The notes under the pieces were generated by a model, which was not told the DNA's origin, searched no databases, and saw only the letters and a program-made list of their open reading frames with translations. DNA of 64,000 bases from assembly GCA_963737155.1 (NCBI GenBank), contig CAVTRN010000001.1, positions 1,280,001-1,344,000 on the forward strand, read 5' to 3'. Source of the stretch: Nitrospirota bacterium (GTDB lineage Bacteria > Nitrospirota > UBA9217). The position numbers and the translations under genes were made by a program. Of the stretch, positions 1 to 10,276 are shown one piece after another (position 1 is the stretch's first letter; each line of letters starts with the position of its first letter).

Positions 1-1
1 G

Positions 2-118
2 ATGGTTGCTTTTGATAGCGTCCCCTGTTTCACGGAAACAACAGTTGTCGCTCCCGCCCCTATTTTTATTGGTTATTGCTCATACTATTCCCTGAAAGAT
101 CGCGCTCCTCCTGTGTAG
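2..118 (+). CDS. C-terminal part (or short ORF) of a RAPP-motif leader peptide, DUF2946/CruR/CutF-like
   Basis: Frame 2 reads MVAFDSVPCFTETTVVAPAPIFIGYCSYYSLKDRAPPV*. It ends in RAPP and lies upstream of a TonB-dependent receptor. Probably truncated by the window edge. Confidence 0.65.
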   Translation: MVAFDSVPCFTETTVVAPAPIFIGYCSYYSLKDRAPPV

Positions 119-161
119 ATATCTCAATTTACATCTTACAATTTAATGGTTAGAGCGGGAC

Positions 162-195
162 TTCCCTGCCGATTATCGTTTAGTTGGGCAGGGAA
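162..195 (+). promoter_or_regulatory. Stem-loop in the leader between the RAPP ORF and the receptor
   Basis: TTCCCTGCC (162-170) pairs with GGCAGGGAA (187-195). Confidence 0.4.
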
Positions 196-478
196 TCTGC
201 CTTCCTAATCTTCCCGGAATAGTTTACATCTTTCGGGAAAATTGCGTCCGTGTGCAATGAAAAGCCCGCTTGATCTATTTGCACATAATAGACCTATCCA
301 CACGGGATTTTTTGTCTGCATTCTGTCTATGCGCTCAGTCTGGCGGTATAAACAGGTCTGACTGACGATTACTTCTGCTGCGGGTGGGGGAGAGGTGTCG
401 CGGGGCAACTTTCATAATCTAGGGTAATATGGCGTTACAAGCAATTCGACGTCATTCGGAATATAATAGGAGAATGCA

Positions 479-2848
479 ATGCGATCAATCAAGGTTTTAA
501 CAGGCTCGGCATTGGCGTTCGCTATTTTCATCATAATGGCAGCCGCAGTATATGCCGCCCCTGTAGCTACTAATGAAATCCATGGAACGATCAAGGACGC
601 CCTAGGAAGACCTTTGTCCGGGGCAAGTCTGACACTGAAATCACCCAATGCAACTATCATAGGCAAGACTCAGAGTGATGCCGACGGCCACTTCGTGTTT
701 TCGAGTGTACCGCCGGGCATCTATGCAGTCATGGCGGAAAAAAACGGTTTTCAAGCAAGCACCGCCAAAGTGACAGTAGAAGCCGGGACGATAGCCACTC
801 CGACGCTGACCCTGGCTGCCCAAGAAGCACTGGAAGTGTCAGTCGTGGCTGAACGCTTGAACCAGGCTCGAAACAGTCTGTCACCAAAGACAGGAGGCAG
901 TGAGTACAATTTTGACCAGAGTGATATTACCGCCTTACCTCAGGGGGATAGCACGCCCCTAAACCAGGTATTGCTCCAGGCGCCCGGCGTGGCCAATGAC
1001 TCGTACGGCCAGCTGCATGTGCGGGGTGACCACGCTAATCTCCAGTACCGCTTTAACGGTGTCATCCTACCCGAGGGGATTACCGGATTCGGCCAGGCGC
1101 TGGACACCCGGTTTATCGAACGGATGGATCTTCTGACCGGTGCCCTGCCGGCCCAATATGGCCTGCGCACGGCGGGAGTAATCGAAATAGAAACCAAGGC
1201 CACCTATGAGACAGGAGGGCGTATCGATCTCTACGGAGGAAGCTTTAACACCTTGGAACCGAGCTTCGAGTTCGGAAGTACGACGGGGAATGTGACCTAC
1301 TATCTGACCGGTTCCTACTTGCAGAACGACTCGGGCATCGAAAACCCCACCTCAAGTCCCAGCGCGATCCATGACCACACGGATCAAGGAAAGGCCTTCG
1401 CGTATGTATCAGATCTCGTCAATCCCACGACGCGGGTAAGCCTGATATTCGGCAGCTACGACGGTTGGTTTGAAATTCCCAATAATCCGGGACAACCTAT
1501 CACCAATTCGAGCTACCTGACCGAAACTGGCATTACCGGCTTCAACTCCGCTGCATTGAACGAGAATCAGTACGAGAATAATCGTTATGGAGTCGTAGCC
1601 TTGCAAAGTTCTATCGGGTCGGACTTCGATTATCAAATCTCCACGGTCACCCATTACACGAGCGTCCATTTCACGCCTGACCCCATCGGCGACCTTGTTT
1701 TCAACGGTACTGCATCGGATGTTTTCCAAAGCAGTTTTAGCCAGGGATTACAGGGTGACGGAAGTTATCGCCTGAACAATGCTCACACGATCCGGATGGG
1801 CTTTTTTACGAGCATCGAAAATATCGAAAGCAACAACACCTCCACGGTTTTCAATGTGGACGCCAATGGTAACGCTACCGGACCGGCCTACGCTGTCACG
1901 GACAATACCCCGAAGAGCGGTAACATCCTTGCGTCGTTGTACCTCCAGGACGAGTGGAAGGCGATTGAAAAATTGACGGTTAACTATGGGCTCCGGTATG
2001 ACGCGATGGACGCCTATGTGAAAGCTAGTCAACTGAGTCCCCGACTAGGCATGGTTTACAAGTGGACACCGGAGACTACGCTGCATGCCGCCTACGCCCG
2101 AGAATTCACACCGCCACCGACCGAGCTGGTCTCGTCCAGGACAGTAAACGATTTCATTGGCACCTCCAACTTATATGGCTTTTCGACCTTGAATTCCCCC
2201 GTTGAGCCGGAACGGGACCATTATTTCGATGCGGGGGTAACCCAGAAGATCACCTCCTCGCTGAATGTCGGCGTTGATGCTTTCTACAAGACAACCAGGG
2301 ATCTGATCGATGAGGGCCAATTCGGCCAGGCTCTGATCTTTACCCCTTTCAATTATTCAAAAGGAAAAATTACTGGTCAGGAGCTGACCGGCAACTACCA
2401 CTCCGGCAATTTTTCCTCTTATGCGAATTTTGCCCATACCGTCAGCCTGGCCGAAGATGTTTCGTCGGCACAGTTTAACTTCACGCAGGCTGAGCTGAAT
2501 TACATCGCTAATAACTGGATACATTGTGACCATGACCAGCGCTATACAGTTTCCGCGGGTGTTTCCTATCTCTGGCTGGGAACTCTATATAGCTCCGATG
2601 GTACCTTTGGAAGCGGCTTACGGGGTGGATTCGCCAATACGGTTAATTTGCCGAGCAACACCCAGGTCAATCTGGGGGCGACGCGTAAGTTTGTGCTGGG
2701 GAGCTTCGGCCCTATGGAGGCGCGTCTGAGCATAATCAACGTTTTTAATAAGATCAATGAAATAAGGAGCGGAACTGGAATCGGCGTATTTGCGCCTCAG
2801 TATGGGCCGCGGATTGGGTACTTCGCCGGCATTACCAAATTATTTTGA
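479..2848 (+). CDS. TonB-dependent outer membrane receptor with N-terminal carboxypeptidase-regulatory-like domain
   Basis: Signal peptide, CarboxypepD_reg-like segment (GTIKDALGRPLSGASLTL), plug (LLQAPGV...HVRG), beta-barrel motifs (NYGLRYD, SPRLG), terminal Phe, AGGAG RBS. Confidence 0.92.
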   Translation: MRSIKVLTGSALAFAIFIIMAAAVYAAPVATNEIHGTIKDALGRPLSGASLTLKSPNATIIGKTQSDADGHFVFSSVPPGIYAVMAEKNGFQASTAKVTVEAGTIATPTLTLAAQEALEVSVVAERLNQARNSLSPKTGGSEYNFDQSDITALPQGDSTPLNQVLLQAPGVANDSYGQLHVRGDHANLQYRFNGVILPEGITGFGQALDTRFIERMDLLTGALPAQYGLRTAGVIEIETKATYETGGRIDLYGGSFNTLEPSFEFGSTTGNVTYYLTGSYLQNDSGIENPTSSPSAIHDHTDQGKAFAYVSDLVNPTTRVSLIFGSYDGWFEIPNNPGQPITNSSYLTETGITGFNSAALNENQYENNRYGVVALQSSIGSDFDYQISTVTHYTSVHFTPDPIGDLVFNGTASDVFQSSFSQGLQGDGSYRLNNAHTIRMGFFTSIENIESNNTSTVFNVDANGNATGPAYAVTDNTPKSGNILASLYLQDEWKAIEKLTVNYGLRYDAMDAYVKASQLSPRLGMVYKWTPETTLHAAYAREFTPPPTELVSSRTVNDFIGTSNLYGFSTLNSPVEPERDHYFDAGVTQKITSSLNVGVDAFYKTTRDLIDEGQFGQALIFTPFNYSKGKITGQELTGNYHSGNFSSYANFAHTVSLAEDVSSAQFNFTQAELNYIANNWIHCDHDQRYTVSAGVSYLWLGTLYSSDGTFGSGLRGGFANTVNLPSNTQVNLGATRKFVLGSFGPMEARLSIINVFNKINEIRSGTGIGVFAPQYGPRIGYFAGITKLF

Positions 2849-2851
2849 CGG

Positions 2852-2883
2852 TTGATGGAGGGGAACTCGTTCCCCTCCATCAA
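2852..2883 (+). terminator. Perfect 15-bp hairpin after the receptor (terminator or mRNA stabiliser)
   Basis: TTGATGGAGGGGAAC-TC-GTTCCCCTCCATCAA. Confidence 0.6.
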
Positions 2884-2909
2884 ATTTCTATTGAATTGAG
2901 AGGTTTACG

Positions 2910-3554
2910 ATGCAAGAAATACACATAGCTTTAGAAACATTGAGATTCGGCGGCGCGATGGTCTATCCGTTGATGCTGCTCGCGGTCTTGGCAGCGGTAG
3001 TCATACTCGACAAGGCATTCGTTTATTGGCGGTACGTAAGCCTTCCGGGTCCACTGCTTAAACTCGTTGAAACCTATGATTTTTCATGGGCTGATTTAGA
3101 TCTGCAGTTGACAGGGCTCACCCAGCAAAACTATTTCCGGCGGTTTTTCCGTGTGGTCATGGACAATCGTGGGAAGCCGGTCTGGTGGGTGGAATCGCGC
3201 GCTGGCGATGAAGCCCAGTTGATTGAGAAGGATTTAAGCCGTGGTTTGTGGGTGCTTGAAACCATCGTTACGGCTGCTCCTCTCTTAGGACTGCTTGGTA
3301 CGATCACCGGGATGATGCATGCCTTCAACCTGATCGGCAACAACGGCTTGGTGGACCCAACCGGAGTGACAGGAGGAGTAGCCCAAGCACTTATAGCGAC
3401 CGCGCTAGGTCTCTTCATTGCTGTCATTGCCCTGTTCGCGTTTAATTTCTTTTCGCGCCGGCAGTCACAAATGCTTGATGAAATGGAACGACTGGGGACG
3501 CGGCTAGTGGACAACATCCGCATGGCGGAAGTTGTCCAGGAGGATACCTTATGA
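2910..3554 (+). CDS. exbB: MotA/TolQ/ExbB proton channel protein
   Basis: APLLGLLGTITGM and GVAQALIATALGL motifs, three TM segments. Confidence 0.9.
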   Translation: MQEIHIALETLRFGGAMVYPLMLLAVLAAVVILDKAFVYWRYVSLPGPLLKLVETYDFSWADLDLQLTGLTQQNYFRRFFRVVMDNRGKPVWWVESRAGDEAQLIEKDLSRGLWVLETIVTAAPLLGLLGTITGMMHAFNLIGNNGLVDPTGVTGGVAQALIATALGLFIAVIALFAFNFFSRRQSQMLDEMERLGTRLVDNIRMAEVVQEDTL

Positions 3555-3955
3555 AACTACGTAAATCCCGCCAACACCGGCGTGGCCGAATCGAAATCAT
3601 CCCGATGATCGATGTGATGTTCTTTCTCCTTGTCACGTTCATGCTTGCTTCGCTCTCAATGCAGAACTTGCATTCACTGGCGGTCAATCTCCCCCAAGGG
3701 CACGCTGCAGCCATGCAGCCCAAGACCTCGGTGACGCTTACTATCACCCGGGACAGCCGCATACTCTTGGACGAGATCCCGGTAACTTTGGAGACGCTTG
3801 CCGCTTTCTTGAAACCGATGCTTAAGGGGGAGGACTCGAGTGTTATTGTGGCGGCCGACAGCGCGGCGCCATACGGAGTAACGGTCCAGGCGATGATGCA
3901 GTGCCGCGAAGCGGGTGCCCAGCATTTTCTTATAGCTGTCAAACATGTCAGGTGA
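3551..3955 (+). CDS. exbD: Biopolymer transport protein ExbD
   Basis: IEIIPMIDVMFFLLVTFM motif, ATGA overlap with exbB. Confidence 0.9.
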   Translation: MKLRKSRQHRRGRIEIIPMIDVMFFLLVTFMLASLSMQNLHSLAVNLPQGHAAAMQPKTSVTLTITRDSRILLDEIPVTLETLAAFLKPMLKGEDSSVIVAADSAAPYGVTVQAMMQCREAGAQHFLIAVKHVR

Positions 3956-4673
3956 AATTATATTAATGAGGACGTCCCGAAGCATAGATAGCCCTTGGCA
4001 TCGCCTCCCCTGGACGCTGCCGACAGCCCTGCTAATTTGGGCAGTGGCGTTATTGGGGTTAGCATATTTTATGGAAAAGCCGACCCAGAGGCTGATGGAG
4101 CCATCAGCCATTGATGCCCAGTTGTTGATTGAGCAGTCCGTTTCGCCTCCGCCTGCGGCCGTGCACCAACCCAAACCGCTGCCTCAAGTCAGGCCACAGC
4201 CGGCTCCTGTGATATCTAAGGTGACGCCCACTATCGAGCAGAAGCCATCAGTCCAGAAGGCGGAAGAGACAACGAACGTGCCCAATGGTGCCCATGCCAC
4301 TACAAGTGAGGGTCAGACAACGACTGGGGTGAACACCTCCGCAAATAGCAACACCCAGGTCGGGTCATATGACGGACAAGGCTCTTCTCAGGGTAACATA
4401 AGCGCGAGCAGCGGAGCCCGGGCAATTGTCCAGCCAATGCCGCAAATCCCGGATGATTTGCGGGCTGAAGTGTTTAATTTCTCTGCACTTGCTCGCTTCC
4501 ATATTGCCGTTGATGGCAGCGTAAAGGTAGAACTCGCAAAGCCGACGCCGAATCCACGTCTTAATAGGATATTGCTGGATAGCCTCAAGAAGTGGCGGTT
4601 TATTCCGGCGATAAGGAACGGTAAGCCTGTTGCCTCGACAGAAGAGATCGTTGTCAGAATGGAAGTCAAATGA
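3945..4673 (+). CDS. tonB: Energy transducer TonB
   Basis: N-terminal TM anchor, Pro-rich linker, C-terminal KWRFIPAIRNGKPV motif. Confidence 0.85.
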   Translation: MSGEIILMRTSRSIDSPWHRLPWTLPTALLIWAVALLGLAYFMEKPTQRLMEPSAIDAQLLIEQSVSPPPAAVHQPKPLPQVRPQPAPVISKVTPTIEQKPSVQKAEETTNVPNGAHATTSEGQTTTGVNTSANSNTQVGSYDGQGSSQGNISASSGARAIVQPMPQIPDDLRAEVFNFSALARFHIAVDGSVKVELAKPTPNPRLNRILLDSLKKWRFIPAIRNGKPVASTEEIVVRMEVK

Positions 4674-4996
4674 TTTCAATACGAATAGCGTCGCATTTGC
4701 ATGGTCGGACGTGAATCAACTTTCAAATCGCGTTCAAGAGTATGATTGGATTCTTTCCCCTTGTCACAATATTGGCACTAAAGACTTGTAGATGTTCCTC
4801 ATGGCCAGAATTGATTAGAAGTGAAGAAGTGCGATTGAAACTTGCAGTGTCAAAGAGCAATGGCTCCGGTATTGCGACTTGACCTTATCCAATTTGGGAT
4901 GCTATTGTTGGTCTCGCTTGCAGAGGCAGTTATTTTACGATCAATGCGTACTACGTGGTTGACTGTCATCTCCATTCTGCTCTCTCCTTGACGTTT

Positions 4997-5641
4997 ATGC
5001 AATCGAACGGTACAAAAAATCGTCGTCAGAAGCAACCACCGCAGCACCGGCACTGCACTGTGGAGGTTGATGTCGAATCGCTCCTGTCGCTCGAGAACCA
5101 TTGCAAGGGCTGCGCCAAGGGCGAGCGCTGCTGCTGCTCGTCGTACGAGGTATGCGTAAACACCGCGGAGATGAAGAGGATCATCAAGGTTCTGCCCGAG
5201 GCTGCCAAGTTCTGCCATCATCTTCTGACCGCAGGGGGCTACGATAATGTTTTCGAAAAAGAGGAACCGGGACTTTTTTCCATCGACACGACCGAGGACG
5301 GCCTCTGTCTCTTCGCCTACTGGTCTCATCACCGGATCCATTGCTCGCTGCACACCGTCGCCGTTAAACTTGGCTTGCCCCTGGCGCAAGTGAAACCGAA
5401 GGTCTGCCTGCTCTGGCCCATGCACTTCTCGGACGGCGAGGAGGTCCTGGCCACGATCAATGATGCATTTCTATTCGCCTGCAATGCCCGGAAAGTTCCG
5501 GGTTCGCACAGTCTGAGCCGCGGCTTTGTCCAGGCGATTGAGTCGGTGTACGGCGAGGGGTGCGGGACCCAGGTGAAGTACGCGGCGGAGAATGGGGACC
5601 GGCGCACGCTACTAGTCATCCCGCGGTGCGCAAAGACGTAA
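4997..5641 (+). CDS. Cys-rich putative metal/Fe-S binding protein (DUF3109/YkgJ-like)
   Basis: CKGC, CCCS, GLCLF, CSLH and KPKVCLLWP cysteine clusters. Start uncertain. Confidence 0.6.
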   Translation: MQSNGTKNRRQKQPPQHRHCTVEVDVESLLSLENHCKGCAKGERCCCSSYEVCVNTAEMKRIIKVLPEAAKFCHHLLTAGGYDNVFEKEEPGLFSIDTTEDGLCLFAYWSHHRIHCSLHTVAVKLGLPLAQVKPKVCLLWPMHFSDGEEVLATINDAFLFACNARKVPGSHSLSRGFVQAIESVYGEGCGTQVKYAAENGDRRTLLVIPRCAKT

Positions 5642-5649
5642 TTTGCTTA

Positions 5650-5902
5650 TATCATGCATTTTCGGTGGACGGTGGTATCGGGGGCTATATTACAACGGCC
5701 CGTGGGAACTTGCTACCACGAGGGGTTTTCCGCCGGTTTTACTAAGGTACCGAATTGACCAATCCGACATTACCGTGACCTGGAGTTCGGACGATATGAG
5801 CACGATAGAGCTCACTATAATGGACGATTTCTCCGTCCTGAATTTCGTGGTGATAAAGGGGAAATAGAGCATAGAAGGACAGAAGTAAAGCAGCTGGTAT
5901 GA
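5650..5902 (+). pseudogene. Frameshifted remnant of a small Tyr/Arg-rich protein
   Basis: GGRWYRGLYYNGPW...PPVLLRYRIDQ continues in another frame as IRHYRDLEFGRYEHDRAHY. Confidence 0.3.
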
Positions 5903-6040
5903 TAACGTTGCGACACGAGCGTAATTAAACCTTTTCCCACAATACGTGTCTATATCATCGCTTTCATCAAGTGATAAACGAGATTACGGAAAATCAGAGC
6001 GATGCTTATCAACATGATATTAAAGGGGAGGGAAAAAGCA

Positions 6041-6598
6041 ATGATTGGTATGAATGAAGTGCGGAAGTATGGATATTTTGTCGTTGGAAGCTTATTCTCT
6101 TTGGGTCTGTTAATCGCAACACAGATTTCACAAACGAATAAGGCGTATGCAGATGATGATCATGAATCTGGCGATCCCATTGCGCACCGCAGTGGGTCAG
6201 CGCCGTTACGCGGGCTTGAAAAAGGGAGGACATGGATTCAATACGGAAAGCACGATCGCCTGTGGCACGCCCTTAGACAGCTTGATCTTACAGCCGATCA
6301 AAAAACAGCTATACACGAGATCAATAGTACATTGATGCAGGATATGATCGAGAAACGAGCTGTCACCAGGATCGCTAAGATTGAGCTTCGGGCACGGCTA
6401 CGCAAGGACAATGTGGACACGGACGCTGTCGGAGCGCAAGTAAAAAAGATCGAGGGCTTGAAAACTGACATGATGCTTAATGTGATTAAGGCGCGCGAAG
6501 AAATTAAATCGAAGTTAACGCCAGACCAGCGGAAGAAACTAACGGAGCTAATACAAAAACCACATCAAAATCATCATCATGTAAAGCAAGCTGGATAA
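6041..6598 (+). CDS. Spy/CpxP-family periplasmic protein with His-rich ends
   Basis: Signal-like N-terminus, LTADQ and LTPDQ (LTxxQ) motifs, C-terminal HQNHHH, GGAGG RBS. Confidence 0.75.
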   Translation: MIGMNEVRKYGYFVVGSLFSLGLLIATQISQTNKAYADDDHESGDPIAHRSGSAPLRGLEKGRTWIQYGKHDRLWHALRQLDLTADQKTAIHEINSTLMQDMIEKRAVTRIAKIELRARLRKDNVDTDAVGAQVKKIEGLKTDMMLNVIKAREEIKSKLTPDQRKKLTELIQKPHQNHHHVKQAG

Positions 6599-7016
6599 AC
6601 AATTGTGTTCTATAGATAGTTCTTAATTCCGCATGAACCGTGCGATCTCGGAACAGTACAACAGCTATAGTATTCAGGAAGCAAAAGTTGCCTTTCCATA
6701 TGCCAGCGAATATAGGTTACGTTTCAAATATTGCAATGTACGGAACTTCATACATTCAATCACCCATACGTGCGAAATGATTATTTCGTCAAGATTTGAA
6801 ATAATTCATTACTTGCCTATGAATATACTTTAATCCAGCTCGTCATCTGTTATAGTTATAATACGAAGGTATCGAAGAATGCAACAAATTGTCTAATAAG
6901 TGGCTAGGCTGGCTGCCCTTATCAAGTCGCCATCCGTTGCTAGCAGCAACTCAGCGGTGCAAGAGAAAATAATATCTTTTTATAGAGTGCGTTGCCGCAC
7001 AAAAAAGGCCAATTCA

Positions 7017-7634
7017 ATGCATAATTTTATTTATACGTTTCTCATTGCCTTATCGAATAATTTTGATAATGTTGGTGCCAGAATCGCATACAGCATTCGA
7101 GGAATAATGATATCGCCGTTGATAAATCTTTGGATTTCTGTAATCACGTTTGTCATTTCATTTTTTGCCGCTTACTCAGGAACTTTAATATCAGGCGTAA
7201 TTAGTAAACAACTATCCTCACTGATTGCGATGTTGCTGCTTACTGCCATTGGCTCGTGGATTATATTAGAACCATATCTGAAAAAAGACAATGATTGTAT
7301 GGACGAGTCTGTCCAAGGAGACAAGAAAAGTGCCCGTCATGCTTCGCAGAATTCCAAAAATCCCGATATGGATTATTCAAGACATATTAATTTTCGAGAG
7401 GCAACGCTCCTTGGCCTTGCACTTTCGATAAACAATGTAGGCGGCGGAGTAAGTGCAGGGATAATTGGACTTAACTCATTTTGGGTGGGACTCTTGTCCG
7501 CGGTGATCAGTTTTCTTGCTCTTTGGTCGGGGAACTACATAGCAGAATTCTTTATAAAATGGAATATATCAAAAAAAGCCTCGGTTGTTGCGGGAATCTT
7601 ATTAATTGCACTTGGGATAGAACAGATCATTTAA
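7017..7634 (+). CDS. MntP/YtaF-family membrane protein (putative Mn efflux)
   Basis: Duplicated ALSNNFDN / ALSINNVGGG motifs, about six TM helices. Confidence 0.75.
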   Translation: MHNFIYTFLIALSNNFDNVGARIAYSIRGIMISPLINLWISVITFVISFFAAYSGTLISGVISKQLSSLIAMLLLTAIGSWIILEPYLKKDNDCMDESVQGDKKSARHASQNSKNPDMDYSRHINFREATLLGLALSINNVGGGVSAGIIGLNSFWVGLLSAVISFLALWSGNYIAEFFIKWNISKKASVVAGILLIALGIEQII

Positions 7635-7938
7635 TCACTGTCAGATCTTGCCTAGCCGCCTGATTGAACAACGGAGCGCTCCGGTTTCAAAGGGTAAATG
7701 GTGGTTCAGGTCGTACGCCGCAGGGTTTGAGGATACACACGATATAAAAAATCGAGGTGCTCTATCATTCGGGTTCGATTGGATAGCACATCGAATAGGG
7801 TCAACACGAACGCGAGACTTTTATGTTGTAAAATCAATTCCGCTAATATAATTTATCTTTGCTCATTGTGCCTATTGCCGTGATTACGTCACAATGTTAT
7901 AAAGCAATGAACATTCCATGCCGACAGGAGGTGACTAT

Positions 7939-8322
7939 ATGGGCTATCTGGAGAGCTTAAACTGGAACGCAATCAAGAAAGACTTGCAGCAAGGGCTGGG
8001 AAAAAGCATGGCAGCAGTGAAGCAAAGCGCCTCCGCAGTGCAGAAGAAAGCAGGGGAATTCACAGTAGAAGGAAAACGGCAGTATACGATATTAAAACTC
8101 AAAGCGAGGATTCACGAAGCGATTATGGACCTCGGCGCAAAGACGTATGTACTCATGAGCGGTGCCAAAGCCAAAAACCCTGCTCTTGATGCAGGGGTGA
8201 AGGAGCTCATGACCCGGATCCAGGACCTTGAAGCGCAGATCGGGATACTGGAAGGCAAGACCAGTGAAGGGCGTGCTAAAACTCAACCCAAGTCACGTAA
8301 GAAAGTGCTTAAAAAAAAATAA
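7939..8322 (+). CDS. Hypothetical coiled-coil, basic protein
   Basis: AGGAGG RBS, helical composition. Confidence 0.65.
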   Translation: MGYLESLNWNAIKKDLQQGLGKSMAAVKQSASAVQKKAGEFTVEGKRQYTILKLKARIHEAIMDLGAKTYVLMSGAKAKNPALDAGVKELMTRIQDLEAQIGILEGKTSEGRAKTQPKSRKKVLKKK

Positions 8323-8384
8323 AATAGAGAAAATATTTCACAAGTGTCCGTCGTGGGTGCTTCGTCATTCGGAAGCTCGGCTGA

Positions 8385-8620
8385 TGTTGTGGAATCTGAG
8401 ATGTGTTCTACCGGTAGGAAGAACCAGCACTGCCAATCTTTCCAGTTAAATCTGTTACGTGCCGATATCCTCAAAAGGTCAAAGGCCGCCACAAAGGAGT
8501 ACGGGCATGATGTCAATGTGTAGTTCCTTTGCAAGTCCTGCTTTTAATGGCACTTTGTATGCCGTCAGTCTCGAAAGTATAGGTTAGCTTGCCTTTCTCC
8601 TTTGGCAACCTTTTCGGAGC
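8385..8620 (-). pseudogene. Dihydrofolate reductase/RibD C-terminal family remnant
   Basis: Minus strand reads LTYTFETDGIQSAI / AGLAKELHIDIMPVLLCGGL*PFEDIG...LPTGRTHLRF, with stops and an internal deletion. Confidence 0.6.
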
Positions 8621-8903
8621 CTTATTCGATTTACAAAGCAGAGTTGGCATAAGAACGATTAAACGAGCATAATACATGCGAAATAAGATCAAGCTGGCAT
8701 TGTTCTTCCAGCCGCATGTATAGAGGAATTATATTAACTGACTAACGAACAAATACATACAGTTTTCACCCCTTTAAATTATGATACATTTTTAATTTAG
8801 AACGTGATATACGATAAATTATTTGCTGTTAAGCGAGCTGGTGATCGTGGGTATACGACCGAGTGTTGCCTTTTCGTAATTCTACGTCCGCGATGGTCTG
8901 GTT

Positions 8904-10199
8904 TCAGTATCCGATTGCTTTTTTTAGCGGCTTAAGGAGGGCAAAGAACGCCAAGCCTGCCACGAAGGACAGGGCGAACATCAGCAGGAAGAAATTCTCC
9001 TTAGATATTTTCCCCCAGAATGTTCCAAGATATCCCGACAGGGAGTTGCCGAAAAAGCTCGAGAGGAACCAAACGCCCATCATCATGGAAACGATCCGGG
9101 CGGGCGCGATTTTGGTTACCAGCGAGAGACCGATTGGGGAAAGATAGATTTCACCAAGCGTGAGTACGAATGTGCAGGCTGCCAACCACCAGAGGCTCGC
9201 CTTCGGGTTGACTGCCAGTTCCCGAGCTGGTGGAATCAGGATCAGGAAAGCTGCGGCAAGCAGGATGCAACCGATTCCCATCTTGGCGATACTCGAAGGT
9301 TCTTTTCCACGGCTATCCTGCCAGCCCCAGAACATGTTCAGCATTGGAACGAAAATGAAGATCATGAGCGGATTGAAAGATTGGAACCACGATGCCGGCA
9401 TTACCCAGCCGAAGATCATCCGGTCCGTATTTGCGTCAGCCCAAAGCGCCATTGTGTTGCCCTGCTGCTCGTAAACGCTCCAGAAAACGATGCTCAGGGA
9501 CATCATGGCGAATATCGCTCCGATCTTCAGCCAGTCCTCGCGCGTAAGGGGCTCTGAATACATCTGCTGATTGGCTACCTTCTTCTTCATGATCAGATCG
9601 GAGGCAAGGTACTTCTGGCCCCAGAGATAGACGGAAAGCCCGATAACCATGCCGACGCCGGCGGAGACAAACCCCCAGTGGAATCCGACTTTCTCGCCGA
9701 GGGTTCCGCAAACGAGAGGTGAAAAGAACGCTCCGAGATTGATTCCCATATAAAAAATGCTGAACGCGCGGTCGCGGCGATGGTCGCCTGCAGGGTAAAG
9801 CGCCCCCACTTGAGTCGAGATATTAGGCTTGAAGAAGCCATTTCCGAGGATAAGGAAAATCAGCGCCGGGAAGAACAAGCGTTCAAAAGCCATCAAGAAA
9901 TGTCCGATGGCCATGAGCACCCCTCCTAGGATCACCGTACGGCGCTGTCCAAGGAGCCGGTCCGCGAGCATGCCACCGAAGAGAGGAGTGAAGTAGACAA
10001 ACCCGGTATAGAGCCCGTAAATTTCGGATGACCGTTCTTGCGTGAACTGAAGATGTTTGATCATGTAGTAGACCAACAGTGATCGCATCCCGTAGTAGGA
10101 AAACCTCTCCCACATTTCTGTAAAAAAAAGAACATACAAGCCAGCGGGATGTCTCTGGCTTTTTGTCATGTCCTCGGCTACGACTATAGGATTGCTCAT
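8904..10199 (-). CDS. Proton-dependent oligopeptide transporter (POT/PTR family)
   Basis: FFTEMWERFSYYG (ExxERFxYY), GNGFFKPN and FSIFYMGINLGAF PTR2 motifs. Confidence 0.93.
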   Translation of the reverse strand: MSNPIVVAEDMTKSQRHPAGLYVLFFTEMWERFSYYGMRSLLVYYMIKHLQFTQERSSEIYGLYTGFVYFTPLFGGMLADRLLGQRRTVILGGVLMAIGHFLMAFERLFFPALIFLILGNGFFKPNISTQVGALYPAGDHRRDRAFSIFYMGINLGAFFSPLVCGTLGEKVGFHWGFVSAGVGMVIGLSVYLWGQKYLASDLIMKKKVANQQMYSEPLTREDWLKIGAIFAMMSLSIVFWSVYEQQGNTMALWADANTDRMIFGWVMPASWFQSFNPLMIFIFVPMLNMFWGWQDSRGKEPSSIAKMGIGCILLAAAFLILIPPARELAVNPKASLWWLAACTFVLTLGEIYLSPIGLSLVTKIAPARIVSMMMGVWFLSSFFGNSLSGYLGTFWGKISKENFFLLMFALSFVAGLAFFALLKPLKKAIGY

Positions 10200-10276
10200 C
10201 TTTCGCTCCGAATAATTTGGTATGAGGATGAAGACCAATGCATCACATATAGTCAGCGATAATTAAATCGGACGCA

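Noticed and set aside
424-438. GTAA-N7-TTAC palindrome upstream of the TonB receptor as a metalloregulator box
   Set aside because: Only 4-bp arms and no second copy. Could occur by chance.
6918-6965. CTTATCAAG...GCAAC...GGTGC resembling a SAM-I riboswitch upstream of the MntP/YtaF gene
   Set aside because: Lacks the P2 kink-turn/pseudoknot segment and the 3' strand of P1. No yybP-ykoY signature was seen either.
8548-8562. TGGCAC-N5-ATGC sigma54-like site
   Set aside because: Lies inside a pseudogene and points to no + strand gene.
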